Position numbers and translations under genes: made by a program. Of a DNA stretch of 64,000 bases, positions 16,988 through 26,974 are shown one piece after another (within the stretch, counting starts at the first letter, position 1; every line of letters starts with the position of its first letter). Location: the IMG/VR virus record IMGVR_UViG_3300027708_000054. The stretch is one strand, 5' to 3'. This DNA comes from an uncultured virus (IMG/VR IMGVR_UViG_3300027708_000054) (lineage: Duplodnaviria; Heunggongvirae; Uroviricota; Caudoviricetes). The notes beneath the pieces were generated by a model. It saw nothing but the letters and a program-made list of their open reading frames with translations, did not search any database and was not told the DNA's origin.

Positions 16988-19572
16988 TGGCAATAATTAG
17001 ATATACAAAAGATGCAACTATCAGATACGCTTATCTGAATATATTCCCTGATCAGTTCAAAACAGAGAAAGAAAAGCAAGATGAGAGTTGGATAAAGAAT
17101 ACAATGGATTATTTCTCAAACAAAGCATACGCTGAGTATGTGAAGAACAGAGATACATTCGTTAAAAATTATGATCTTATGAAAGGAATCTTACGTATGG
17201 AAGATTTCTATCAAGAACCAGAAGTGAGAAGCTTTACAGATGTACTAACATCTGATTTAGAGCTTCCTGCTTATGTAAAGATGTATTCAATCATCACCAC
17301 TCCTGTAAATGAGTTAGTAGGAGAGATATCCAAAAGACCTGATACATTTAGAGTGAAAGCTTTTGATGATGATAGTCAAGCTGAAGAACTACAATTTAAA
17401 ACAGATACATTACAACAATATGTAATAAGTCAAGTTAAACAACAGATTGCTCAAAAAGCAGCATTGCAAGGACAAGAAATTGATGATGATGAATTGCAAC
17501 AAATGACAATGGAACAAGTTAAAGATCAGCTAGATAGCTATACATCTGTTGCTGAGAAATGGGCTAACCATGTTCTTACATGTCAAAAAGCTGAGTTTAA
17601 TATAAAAGAAAAATCAGAAGATGCATTTAGAGATATGTTAATATCTGCTAGAGAATTTTATCATATATATGAAGACAACTCAAAACTTGGATTTAATGTT
17701 GAAGTGGCTAACCCAAAGAATACTTGGTTTCTCACTACTCCTGATAGAAAGTGGATTTCAGATCCCACAGGAAGAGCTCAAGGTGCTTATGCTGCAGGGA
17801 CAGTACAAGTTATGGAGCTTTCAGAGATCATTGAAAGCATACCAGATCTTACAAAAGAGGAGATTGACCACTTACGTAGTTCATTACAAGATTATGGATT
17901 AATTAATGTTAGAGAATCTAATCTAGGTAATCCAGATGCTATCCCTGGACAAGACTCTGTAATGTATGATACATTTGATCCATTAGTGTTACAAACACGT
18001 ATGATTATAGAATCAGAAATGAAAGAAAATAACGATGGACTAAAAGACTTCTTAGGGCTAACTAATAACGTTAGTAGCTTTGGTTATAAATATGTAGTGG
18101 TTAGAAGTTATTGGATTTCTAAAAGAAAAATAGGAAAACTTATCTATATAGATGATATGGGTAATGAGCAATCAATGCTTGTAGATGAATCATATAAATC
18201 AGGAACTATTTCTACACAACAATCATTAGAATGGGGATGGGTTAATGAATGGTATCAAGGAACTAAAATAGGTCCAGATATATATCACATCAAACCATTC
18301 AAGCTTCTAAACTATTGTCCTATTATAGGTACAACATATGAGGTGAAGAATACAGAAGCAAAAAGCTTAGTAGATCTTATGAAACCTTTCCAGGTGATAT
18401 ACAATGTATGTATGAACCAATTATACAAACTTCTAGAAAAAGAAGTTGGTAAAGTGCAGCTTATGTCATTACGTCATATACCTATACCTAAAGATGGAGA
18501 TGCACAAGATGCTCTTGATATATGGGAAATGGAAGCACGTAATAGAGGAGTGGTATTTATTGATGACTCTCCAGAGAATTTGAAAGCTCCTAGTTCATTT
18601 AATCAATTTACAGCTCTTGATCTTACACGTACACAGGAGATACAATCTAGATATACATTAGCACAACAAATGAAAGCTGAATGTTGGGAACTTATAGGTA
18701 TGTCTAAACAACGTATGGGATCTGTATCAGCATCAGAAAGTGCTACAGGTACTAACACTGCTATGCAACAGAGTTATTCTCAAACAGAACCTTTATATGT
18801 AGCTCATGAATATGTTCTTGGACAATTTTATCAAGCTATAATAGATGCTGCATTATATGTAGAGAGTGCTAAACCACAATCTACACTTTCATATATTACA
18901 TCTGAAGGAGAATCTGCATTTGTACAAGTGAATGGATCAGATCTTAAATTCAGAGATTTGAAAGTATTCTTAACTAATAGACCTGAGGATCAACAGATGT
19001 TTAATGAACTTAGACAACTTTCTCAAGCTATTATTCAAAATGGTGGCACGCTTTATGATGTAGTAGAATTATACAGTTCTAAATCACAAAGAGAGCTTAA
19101 GAAGACATTCAAAGATCTTAGAGATAGACAAGTTGCTCAACAAGAACAACAACAACAGCTTGCTCAACAACAACAACAAGCTCAAGAACAACAAGCTCAA
19201 GCTCAACAAGAATTTCTTATTCAACAACATACAGAGCAATTGGCTCATGATGATTACCAAAAAGAACTTGATAGACTATCTAAAGAAAAGATTGCTATTA
19301 TACAAGCTACAGGATATGGTAAAGTGCAATCAGAAGATGTTAATACAAATGAAGTTCCTGATGTATTAGAAATAAGCAAATTAAATAGCGATCAAGAAAA
19401 AGCTACTAAAGACTATGGATTAAAGATGGCAGATATTCAAGCTAAGAATAAACAAGCATCTGATAAAATGTCTATAGAAAAAGAAAAATTACAAGTAGCT
19501 AGAGAGAATATGGCAAACGATTTAGCAGTGGCTAAAGAAAATGCCAAGGGTAGAAATAACAAAAAAGGTTAA
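16987..19572 (+). CDS. portal protein
   Basis: 861 aa ORF after terL; KSLVDLMKPFQ..YN motif and Gln-rich C-terminal coiled coil as in crAss-like portals. Confidence 0.85.
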   Translation: MAIIRYTKDATIRYAYLNIFPDQFKTEKEKQDESWIKNTMDYFSNKAYAEYVKNRDTFVKNYDLMKGILRMEDFYQEPEVRSFTDVLTSDLELPAYVKMYSIITTPVNELVGEISKRPDTFRVKAFDDDSQAEELQFKTDTLQQYVISQVKQQIAQKAALQGQEIDDDELQQMTMEQVKDQLDSYTSVAEKWANHVLTCQKAEFNIKEKSEDAFRDMLISAREFYHIYEDNSKLGFNVEVANPKNTWFLTTPDRKWISDPTGRAQGAYAAGTVQVMELSEIIESIPDLTKEEIDHLRSSLQDYGLINVRESNLGNPDAIPGQDSVMYDTFDPLVLQTRMIIESEMKENNDGLKDFLGLTNNVSSFGYKYVVVRSYWISKRKIGKLIYIDDMGNEQSMLVDESYKSGTISTQQSLEWGWVNEWYQGTKIGPDIYHIKPFKLLNYCPIIGTTYEVKNTEAKSLVDLMKPFQVIYNVCMNQLYKLLEKEVGKVQLMSLRHIPIPKDGDAQDALDIWEMEARNRGVVFIDDSPENLKAPSSFNQFTALDLTRTQEIQSRYTLAQQMKAECWELIGMSKQRMGSVSASESATGTNTAMQQSYSQTEPLYVAHEYVLGQFYQAIIDAALYVESAKPQSTLSYITSEGESAFVQVNGSDLKFRDLKVFLTNRPEDQQMFNELRQLSQAIIQNGGTLYDVVELYSSKSQRELKKTFKDLRDRQVAQQEQQQQLAQQQQQAQEQQAQAQQEFLIQQHTEQLAHDDYQKELDRLSKEKIAIIQATGYGKVQSEDVNTNEVPDVLEISKLNSDQEKATKDYGLKMADIQAKNKQASDKMSIEKEKLQVARENMANDLAVAKENAKGRNNKKG

Positions 19573-19578
19573 AAAACT

Positions 19579-19596
19579 TCTTTTCTTCGGAAGAGA
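19579..19596. other. C(UUCG)G tetraloop hairpin after the portal gene
   Basis: TCTTTTC-TTCG-GAAGAGA flanked by A-runs. Confidence 0.4.
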
Positions 19597-19715
19597 AAAA
19601 TATATTAATGCTATATTATCTTAAAAAATAGATCACATTGATAGATAACTCTTTGATATTAAAAACTCTTATTATACTTTTACATAAATAAAACCAAACA
19701 TAAATACAACTACAT

Positions 19716-20966
19716 ATGGCTGATAATTTAGAAACTATGGGTAACTTTAGTATCCAAGATACTATGGAAATGGGAATGGGTAACCAAGAACTATTAAATG
19801 ATTTGTTTTCCCCTGAAACATCTACTTCTAACCCAGAAGATGTTACACCAATCATTAAAGATGCAGAACCTGCTACACCTCCTGCTAAACCAGCAGTACC
19901 AAAAGGTAAAGAGGTAACACCAGTTGATGATGATGCTGATGATAAAGAAAAAGGACAATCTTTAATATCAAATTTCTTAGGTGATAACACTGATGATGAT
20001 GAAGATGAAGATCTTCCTCCAGTATCAAAACCTACAAAACCTGTAACTGATGATAATGATGCAGATGATGCTTCAGAAGAAACACAGTTCACTGCTCTTG
20101 CAAATGATCTTTATAAACTAGGTGTATTCACTAATGATGATGATGAAGATCAAGAACCAGTAAACACTGCAGAAGAATTTCTAGAAAGATTTAACAATGA
20201 AAAGAAAAAAGGTGCTACTGAATTAGTACAAAACTTTATTTCTCAATTTGGAGAAGATTATCAAGAAGCATTTGATGCCATATTTGTTAAGGGAGTTAAT
20301 CCTAAGGAGTATTTTGGTACATATAATCAGATAGTTAATTTCGCTGAGATGGATCTTAATAATGAGAACAATCAGATGAAAATAATGAAACAAGCTTTAG
20401 CTGATCAAGGATTTGAACCTGAAGATATAGATACAGAAATCGAAAGACTTCAAAACTATGGTGATCTTGAGAGTGTAGCTACAAAACACCACAAGGTGTT
20501 AGTTAAAAAAGAAGCAGCCAAACTGCAACAACTAGAACAGAAATCTGAAGCTGAGTTAATACAAAAAGCTCAAATCAGAAATCAATACATAGATAATGTA
20601 CAAACCATCTTACAAGAGAAGGTAAAAGCAAAAGATTTTGATGGTATTCCTATCAATCCAAAATTAGCAACAGAACTACAAGACTTCTTATTAGTTGACA
20701 AGTGGAAAACTCCTACAGGAGAAACACTAACAGACTTTGATCGTGCTATTCTAGATATGAAAAGACCAGAGAACCATGCAATGAAAGTTAAACTAGGACT
20801 TCTTATGAAAATGTTAGAAAAAGATCCTACATTATCAACTATACAAAGAACAGGTGTGACTAAACAGTCTAACCAATTATTTGGAGAAGTTGCAAGACAA
20901 GTAACTAAAGTTAAAACTTCAAGTGCTAGTGGTTCAGGAGCTAAATCTAATTCATGGTTTCAATAA
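19716..20966 (+). CDS. putative scaffold/capsid assembly protein
   Basis: Very acidic low-complexity N-half, helical C-half; lies between portal and MCP. Confidence 0.6.
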   Translation: MADNLETMGNFSIQDTMEMGMGNQELLNDLFSPETSTSNPEDVTPIIKDAEPATPPAKPAVPKGKEVTPVDDDADDKEKGQSLISNFLGDNTDDDEDEDLPPVSKPTKPVTDDNDADDASEETQFTALANDLYKLGVFTNDDDEDQEPVNTAEEFLERFNNEKKKGATELVQNFISQFGEDYQEAFDAIFVKGVNPKEYFGTYNQIVNFAEMDLNNENNQMKIMKQALADQGFEPEDIDTEIERLQNYGDLESVATKHHKVLVKKEAAKLQQLEQKSEAELIQKAQIRNQYIDNVQTILQEKVKAKDFDGIPINPKLATELQDFLLVDKWKTPTGETLTDFDRAILDMKRPENHAMKVKLGLLMKMLEKDPTLSTIQRTGVTKQSNQLFGEVARQVTKVKTSSASGSGAKSNSWFQ

Positions 20967-21002
20967 CAAAAAATAATTAATAATTAATAAAAACGAATAA
21001 CA

Positions 21003-22565
21003 ATGGCAATTCAAACAATCCCTGGGTTAACAGGTTTTACTTACGCTAGAGTAGCTTCTATGGATAAGCGTGCAGTAGGTAAACTTACAGACTCCAATCA
21101 CTTAGAGAGTTTTCACTCTACTGAGCCTGCAGATTATGACAAGAAAATCATTTCTTTATATACTCAGAGCTCATTGTACAGTAATGACTTTTTGGACATG
21201 ATCAACAAAAGCACACCTTATTACATTGATAATAATAGTGATGCATGGAAATGGCAAATAGCTGTTCCTTACAAATTCCCAAAAATCATTGACATTCCTG
21301 CTTCCACTCAAGATTTAATTGCAGCTGGTAAAACAGGTATTGATGGTCAAGAATTTTCTTTAGTATTAGATACTAATGAGTTTTCTAAAAATGCAATCGT
21401 ATCTGTAGGTACTCGTCAATACGGACCTAGATTCTATGTAATCAAAGATCCAGTGCCTTGGAACATGGGTTACTTGTATTCATTTACATTAGTAACTGAT
21501 AACCCAACAATTGATTTTGTTAATCCTATCTTCTTACAATATGGTGTTGAACTAGAATTAGTTGATGCTGCTATTGGTGAGTTTGATCAAGACTTATTAG
21601 GTCTTCCAAGATTAGGTGAGCAAATCACAATGTTCGAATCTTTAGGTTCTGCATATGGTTATGAGCACAAAATCACTGAATGGGCTGATGATAAAATGAT
21701 GAGAGATTCTTCTGGTAAACCATTAGACATCTTAGTATATGCTCCACAAAGAAGAAACCAATTACCTTTAACTCGTAATGATGTTAAATGGGAACCGTTC
21801 ATTGAATTCTGGATGCGTAAATCAATGTTAGAATTGAAAGTTAAACGTATGATTTGGGCTAAACCAGGTACAGTTAAAACTAATGGTTCTAAACAAGAAT
21901 TGAAACGTACATCTGCAGGTGTATACCACAGAATGCGTAACAATGGAAACTTGGTACAATATAACAGAGGTGAATTCTCTGCTAACTTAATCCGTTCAGT
22001 ATTTGGAGATTTATTCTACAGAAGAGTGGATGTGAAAGATAGAAGTGTTAAAATGTATACTAATGAGGCTGGTTTTGACGTGTTCCAACAAGCTTTGAAA
22101 AATGATGCATTAAACTCTGGATTAACTTTCATGGCTGATTCTGGAAACAGATATATGCAAGGTGAAGGACAACATATCACTTACAACTTTGCATTTGATG
22201 CAATGGTTACACGTGAGACTGGTAGAGTTGAATTGATTCACTTAAAAGAATTAGATTTACCACAAACTAACTTAGAGTTTGGACAAAACAAAAAATCTAC
22301 TCCAGTATTTATGGTGTTTGATGTTTCTCCAATGTCTGATGGTTCAATGGTGAATAACATTAGAGAAGTGAGAATGAAAGGTGCTCCTTCTATGACATGG
22401 GGTTATATTGATGGTACTCGTCACCACTTAGGTTTTGCTAAGTCTCAAGGTATGAGTTCAGCTAACAAATTCCCAGGATACGAAATCTGGATGAAAGACA
22501 GATGTGATGTATTCATTGAAGATTTATCAAGAACTGTGTTGATCGAGGAAATCCCACAATTCTAA
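21003..22565 (+). CDS. major capsid protein (crAss-like)
   Basis: 520 aa, position after scaffold, biased high-expression codons, resembles crAss-like MCPs. Confidence 0.85.
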   Translation: MAIQTIPGLTGFTYARVASMDKRAVGKLTDSNHLESFHSTEPADYDKKIISLYTQSSLYSNDFLDMINKSTPYYIDNNSDAWKWQIAVPYKFPKIIDIPASTQDLIAAGKTGIDGQEFSLVLDTNEFSKNAIVSVGTRQYGPRFYVIKDPVPWNMGYLYSFTLVTDNPTIDFVNPIFLQYGVELELVDAAIGEFDQDLLGLPRLGEQITMFESLGSAYGYEHKITEWADDKMMRDSSGKPLDILVYAPQRRNQLPLTRNDVKWEPFIEFWMRKSMLELKVKRMIWAKPGTVKTNGSKQELKRTSAGVYHRMRNNGNLVQYNRGEFSANLIRSVFGDLFYRRVDVKDRSVKMYTNEAGFDVFQQALKNDALNSGLTFMADSGNRYMQGEGQHITYNFAFDAMVTRETGRVELIHLKELDLPQTNLEFGQNKKSTPVFMVFDVSPMSDGSMVNNIREVRMKGAPSMTWGYIDGTRHHLGFAKSQGMSSANKFPGYEIWMKDRCDVFIEDLSRTVLIEEIPQF

Positions 22566-22576
22566 TAATAAAATTC

Positions 22577-22691
22577 GAGAAAAATCCCCTCACCTCCTCT
22601 CCCTCCTAGAGGGGATGATTCTCAACCCCAGAGTGATGAATACTAGACTTCATGTCTGTATTGCATTCCATTCAATTGGAACACTCTACTA
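22577..22691 (+). ncRNA. structured element after MCP (CCUCC-loop hairpin plus tRNA-like domain)
   Basis: Stems ATCCCCTC/GAGGGGAT, AGAGTG/CACTCT and TTCCA-TTCAAT-TGGAA. Confidence 0.45.
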
Positions 22692-22721
22692 AAATAAACC
22701 AAATTATTAAATTAACTACAT

Positions 22722-23690
22722 ATGGGTAAGACAGGTAAAATCTCTACGATAAAACGTGAGTACAACAATTCACAACTTCAAACAATGGATAGTGGATTAT
22801 CGCAAAAAGGTATGACAAGAATTCCTGGTACAGGAGTTTTTAAATATCCTTACAAAGAATTAGATGGTAAGTATAGAACAGGATTAGATCCAGATGCTAC
22901 TTACATTAAACGTATTCAAGATCCACTTGAAAAAGAATTGGAAATTGAAAGAGTGACTAATCTTAAAAAAAGACTTGAAGATGAAATTGGTGATATTGAT
23001 CTTGGTCCACGTTCTAAATTTTGGAACTATGGATTATCAACTTCAACAGATGACCAAACACACGTACAAGCAGTAAAGTTATTAGATGGTGATAATTATT
23101 TTGATCTATCAGTTCCTTTCCAAGAGATAGCCTTTTCATGGTTGAGAGTACATCCAACAATTGCATCTTCTTACCAATCTTGGGAAAGAGGAGAATATCC
23201 AGCAGATACACAATTTTATGTTGTTGATGATGAGATAGAGAATGCAGTGATCTTCAAGAAAAAACAATTGATCAATAAAGCAATTGTTAAGTTTGATAGT
23301 ATGACTCCTGAGAAGAAACGTAAAGTTGCAAGACTTTTAGGACTTCCAGTTTCAGAAGATTCAAAAGAAGAAGTGGTATACAACTTAGTAGATAATGTAT
23401 TGAAACAAACAGAATTCAAGAATGGTAAATATTCAGGATTGAATCCAGTTGAAGTTTTTAATAGATTTGCTGATATGAAAGAAGCCTTACTCCATATTAA
23501 AGATTTAGTAAAACAAGCTGTAGCACATTCAGTTTATAGAATCAAACCTAACGGTAAGGTTTATGAAGGTGAGTTTGAAATAGCTAAAGATGAAGATGAT
23601 TTAATTAAATTCCTTGCAGATGATGATAACCAAGATGAGTTATTGACATTAGAAGGTAAATTAAAAACTAAAAAACTAGCTTCTATATAA
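22722..23690 (+). CDS. conserved crAss-like protein downstream of MCP
   Basis: 322 aa ORF in the syntenic position after MCP. Confidence 0.7.
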   Translation: MGKTGKISTIKREYNNSQLQTMDSGLSQKGMTRIPGTGVFKYPYKELDGKYRTGLDPDATYIKRIQDPLEKELEIERVTNLKKRLEDEIGDIDLGPRSKFWNYGLSTSTDDQTHVQAVKLLDGDNYFDLSVPFQEIAFSWLRVHPTIASSYQSWERGEYPADTQFYVVDDEIENAVIFKKKQLINKAIVKFDSMTPEKKRKVARLLGLPVSEDSKEEVVYNLVDNVLKQTEFKNGKYSGLNPVEVFNRFADMKEALLHIKDLVKQAVAHSVYRIKPNGKVYEGEFEIAKDEDDLIKFLADDDNQDELLTLEGKLKTKKLASI

Positions 23691-23851
23691 TGGATGAAGA
23701 TATATTAAAAAATCATTTTGAAGAGCAAGGATTAGTTTCTTTAGAAGATATAGATAAATTAGTAAAACCTTTAACTAAAATTAATAATGTATCATTTGAC
23801 GAAGATGGTAAATTTATAGATGATACATTAATAGATTTTTTAAAAGAATAA
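23690..23851 (+). CDS. small acidic protein (53 aa, not in track)
   Basis: MDEDILKNHFEEQG...DFLKE*; TAATG coupling to the upstream gene, fills the gap exactly. Confidence 0.55.
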   Translation: MDEDILKNHFEEQGLVSLEDIDKLVKPLTKINNVSFDEDGKFIDDTLIDFLKE

Positions 23852-23855
23852 TAAT

Positions 23856-24587
23856 ATGATACCAGTAGATAGTTTATTATATAAGATCGATCAGAAACTA
23901 AATAAACTATCAACTAATGCACATCAACAAATTCAATTAGAAGATAAAATCTTAGCTCTTAATGAAGCTCAGATCAAGTTGATAAAACAAAAAGTTGATG
24001 GTCTTAGTGTTGCTAGTGGATTAGGACTTGATTCATTTAAAAAACGTTATGAAGACCTACAAAGTCTTGTAATGAATTATAATCATCAACCTTTAGAATT
24101 ATTCTTAAAAGATGCTGATCTAAACCAATGGGCTGCTAATGTCCATCTACTTGAGCCAAGATATATGTTCTATGTAGATAGTTATGTTCTAGCAGACAAA
24201 GGAAGATGTAAAGATAGAAAGATTTGGATCAATCGAGATCTTGCTAAACATGGTGATCTTCAGTTCATATTAAACAACGATCATTATAAACCTTCATTTG
24301 AATACCAAGAAACATTTAACTTCTTAGCATCAGATGAAATCAGTATATTCACAGATGGTACATTTACCCCTAAGAATATACAGATAATGTACATGAGATA
24401 TCCAGTGTACATAAATAAAACAGGATATATCATGTTAGATGGAACTCCATCATATGATGCTGATTGTGAACTTGAAACATATCTAGAAGATGAACTTTTA
24501 GATTTGACAGTTCAAAACTTAGCAATGTATACTGAAAATGCTGCAGCAGTACAAAGTGCTCAGTTCAGAATACAAACAAACGAATAA
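23856..24587 (+). CDS. putative tail ring/adaptor protein
   Basis: LNEAQ...Y.RYP...CEL...ELLDLTV pattern typical of crAss-like ring/tubular proteins. Confidence 0.6.
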   Translation: MIPVDSLLYKIDQKLNKLSTNAHQQIQLEDKILALNEAQIKLIKQKVDGLSVASGLGLDSFKKRYEDLQSLVMNYNHQPLELFLKDADLNQWAANVHLLEPRYMFYVDSYVLADKGRCKDRKIWINRDLAKHGDLQFILNNDHYKPSFEYQETFNFLASDEISIFTDGTFTPKNIQIMYMRYPVYINKTGYIMLDGTPSYDADCELETYLEDELLDLTVQNLAMYTENAAAVQSAQFRIQTNE

Positions 24588-24612
24588 ACTATTAACTTAA
24601 TAAATAAACAAA

Positions 24613-25830
24613 ATGGCTGATTTTTCATTAACCACGTTATTCGTGGTTCCAGTAGGGCAAGCTTCTGTCCCTAGCTCTGGCTCAACACAAAACCTTGCTA
24701 AAGGTGATGTGGGAATCTTTAAAAGCGATTATTCTGTAGCTACTGCTTCAAATATTGCTGCTTCTCCTTACTTCTATGTGGCGCAAGGTAGAATAAATAC
24801 GTATCTTCAAGGATCTAAAAGATCTGACAAGATTTCAGGAAATGGTCCAACGCAAACTTTTTCATTAACAGGTAATCCTCAAACTATTAATGTAGCTCCT
24901 TCTCCTGGTAAAAGTAATGTGACAGAATGGTACAAAGTATCTGGATGTCCAACTGCTGCTAATCAAATTACAGATGTAACTAATTTCACTGTACAATGTG
25001 GAGAAAGTATCACGTTAACTTTACGTGCTCACTCTTCTTACATTGATACATTGTATTTCAATGGATTTACACGTTCAGTAACTATACAAGCTCCTTGTTG
25101 TAACTGTGCAGATAATCCATGTGATGATGTAAGTGATAACACTATCATTGACTTATTGATTGCTAAATTAAGACAAGCTGCTCCAGGTAACAACCCTGAT
25201 AACATTAGCTTCAACACATTCTTTACATTTGAAAATGTAGGTGGTACAATTTTACGTATTACAGGAAAACCATTAACTAAATATGGTCAACCTTGTGATA
25301 TTGCAGCGTTCCCATTTGAATATGATAGAATGTCTTTCAGAACTTTTGTATATGCTGGTCCTGCTACCACTGCTGACTTTATTGTTGCTGATGCTTGTAA
25401 CTTTGTTGCTCAACCTATCATCACTCAACGTGCTTCTTATGCTACTGGTACATCTGCAGAAATTGCTCAATTAGAGAAAAACTTCTACAGCTACCAAGCT
25501 GGTTACTTGAAACATTTATATAGAATGAATGGATATAACGAGAACTTTGAGTCTTGGGTATCTGATGGTGCTATCTATAACACATTCTATATCAGATTTA
25601 ATGAGTACAACAGATCTGAGTACCAATGGGGTGATTACATCATGGAAGATTCTACAGTGATTCTTGCTATTCCTCAAGGTGGTTATGATCTTACTGCTGG
25701 ATTTGAAGCAATTTTAGTAGCTGCATTAGGTGCTGTAGTAGATCAAGGTATTCCTTGTATTACAACTACAACAACTACTTCTACTGCTGCTCCATCAACT
25801 ACAACTACTACTTCTACAAATATTCCTTAA
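24613..25830 (+). CDS. virion structural protein (auxiliary capsid-like) with Thr-rich tail
   Basis: 405 aa, high-expression codon bias, beta-rich, C-terminal TTTTTTSTAAPSTTTTTST. Confidence 0.6.
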   Translation: MADFSLTTLFVVPVGQASVPSSGSTQNLAKGDVGIFKSDYSVATASNIAASPYFYVAQGRINTYLQGSKRSDKISGNGPTQTFSLTGNPQTINVAPSPGKSNVTEWYKVSGCPTAANQITDVTNFTVQCGESITLTLRAHSSYIDTLYFNGFTRSVTIQAPCCNCADNPCDDVSDNTIIDLLIAKLRQAAPGNNPDNISFNTFFTFENVGGTILRITGKPLTKYGQPCDIAAFPFEYDRMSFRTFVYAGPATTADFIVADACNFVAQPIITQRASYATGTSAEIAQLEKNFYSYQAGYLKHLYRMNGYNENFESWVSDGAIYNTFYIRFNEYNRSEYQWGDYIMEDSTVILAIPQGGYDLTAGFEAILVAALGAVVDQGIPCITTTTTTSTAAPSTTTTTSTNIP

Positions 25831-25860
25831 GAATAAACAGTAGATAAATATTAATAACCT

Positions 25861-25901
25861 ATGCCAGGGGAAAGAGGATAAATCTCATATTCCTCTGGCA
25901 T
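25861..25901 (+). terminator. stem-loop after structural gene
   Basis: ATGCCAGGGGAA ... TTCCTCTGGCAT inverted repeat. Confidence 0.5.
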
Positions 25902-25918
25902 AATTATTTAAAACAAAC

Positions 25919-26482
25919 ATGGCAAACTTACAATTAGATATACTAGTAGTACCTACCTACGATGTTAATACTCTTGGTGTTGCAGATGCTTCTGTATATC
26001 CTACTAATCCTCCAGTGGTCTCTGCACCTACTATTGAGATTGAAATACCAGGATTCGGAACTAAAATATTACCATTCGTTCCTAACCAACTAAATGTATT
26101 TACATCTTCTAATTTAGGAATTACAGATCCTGGTTGTAATCAACCACTCCCTGATGGAGTGTATAGATTAAGATATTCTGTTGCTCCCTCATATCTATAT
26201 TATGTAGAGAAAACAATATTACGTGTTGATAGACTTCAAGAGAAGTTTGACAATGCGTTTTTACAATTAAATATGATGGAGTGTGACAGAGCACTTAAAA
26301 CACAATCTAGTGTACAATTAAATACAATTAACTTCTTTATACAAGGAGCTATTGCAGCAGCTAATAACTGTGCAGAATATGAGTCTAATACATTATATGC
26401 TCAAGCAGATAATATGTTAGATGGTTTCTTAAGATCTAACTGTGGTTGTTCAGGTAACAACTACCTAATAAACTTTTATTAA
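25919..26482 (+). CDS. virion/tail hub-like structural protein
   Basis: 187 aa; LPDGVY.L.YS motif; structural operon context. Confidence 0.55.
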   Translation: MANLQLDILVVPTYDVNTLGVADASVYPTNPPVVSAPTIEIEIPGFGTKILPFVPNQLNVFTSSNLGITDPGCNQPLPDGVYRLRYSVAPSYLYYVEKTILRVDRLQEKFDNAFLQLNMMECDRALKTQSSVQLNTINFFIQGAIAAANNCAEYESNTLYAQADNMLDGFLRSNCGCSGNNYLINFY

Positions 26483-26484
26483 TT

Positions 26485-26580
26485 ATGGCACAATGTTCAG
26501 GTTGCGGAGCTAATGTAGGGTGTGGATGTCAACTAACCAATGGGTTATGTGGACACTGTGCATCTAAAGTGAATAAATAA
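26485..26580 (+). CDS. 31 aa Cys-rich metallothionein-like peptide (not in track)
   Basis: MAQCSGCGANVGCGCQLTNGLCGHCASKVNK*; fits exactly between two genes. Confidence 0.6.
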   Translation: MAQCSGCGANVGCGCQLTNGLCGHCASKVNK

Positions 26581-26592
26581 AAAATAGATATT

Positions 26593-26955
26593 ATGTTATC
26601 ACCAAGATTAACTAATTGTCCAGAATGTGCTAACATTCCTTCTTTACTTAAAAAAATAGATTGCAAGTTAGCAGAGCTTGGTAATAATTTGTACAACAAT
26701 ATTTCATATATGTTGAACAAACCTGTTCCTGCTGATGACATTCTTCAGTTGATAGGATATAGAAGAATATTACAATATAAATATATAAACCCAAATTATG
26801 CTGGTATATATACAGTAAACATGATTGCTAGTAGAGTGATACGTCTTACAGTGGGATGTGTTAGTAGATGTAATACACCACCACCTTGTATAGAGGTTCC
26901 ATGTAATGTTACAATAGTTCCTAACCCTACCACTAGTACAACAACAACAGTTTAA
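26593..26955 (+). CDS. Cys-containing virion protein
   Basis: 120 aa, ends in Thr run. Confidence 0.65.
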   Translation: MLSPRLTNCPECANIPSLLKKIDCKLAELGNNLYNNISYMLNKPVPADDILQLIGYRRILQYKYINPNYAGIYTVNMIASRVIRLTVGCVSRCNTPPPCIEVPCNVTIVPNPTTSTTTTV

Positions 26956-26974
26956 ACCTTTTAAAATAAATAAT

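Noticed and set aside
14963..22565. Introns or inteins in terL, portal or MCP
   Set aside because: ORFs are continuous with ordinary lengths; no intein or homing-endonuclease motifs noticed
22630..22691. Functional opal-suppressor or Sec tRNA
   Set aside because: No D arm, 6 nt T-loop, pyrimidine at position 37, and no sign of TGA recoding; kept only as a tRNA-like element
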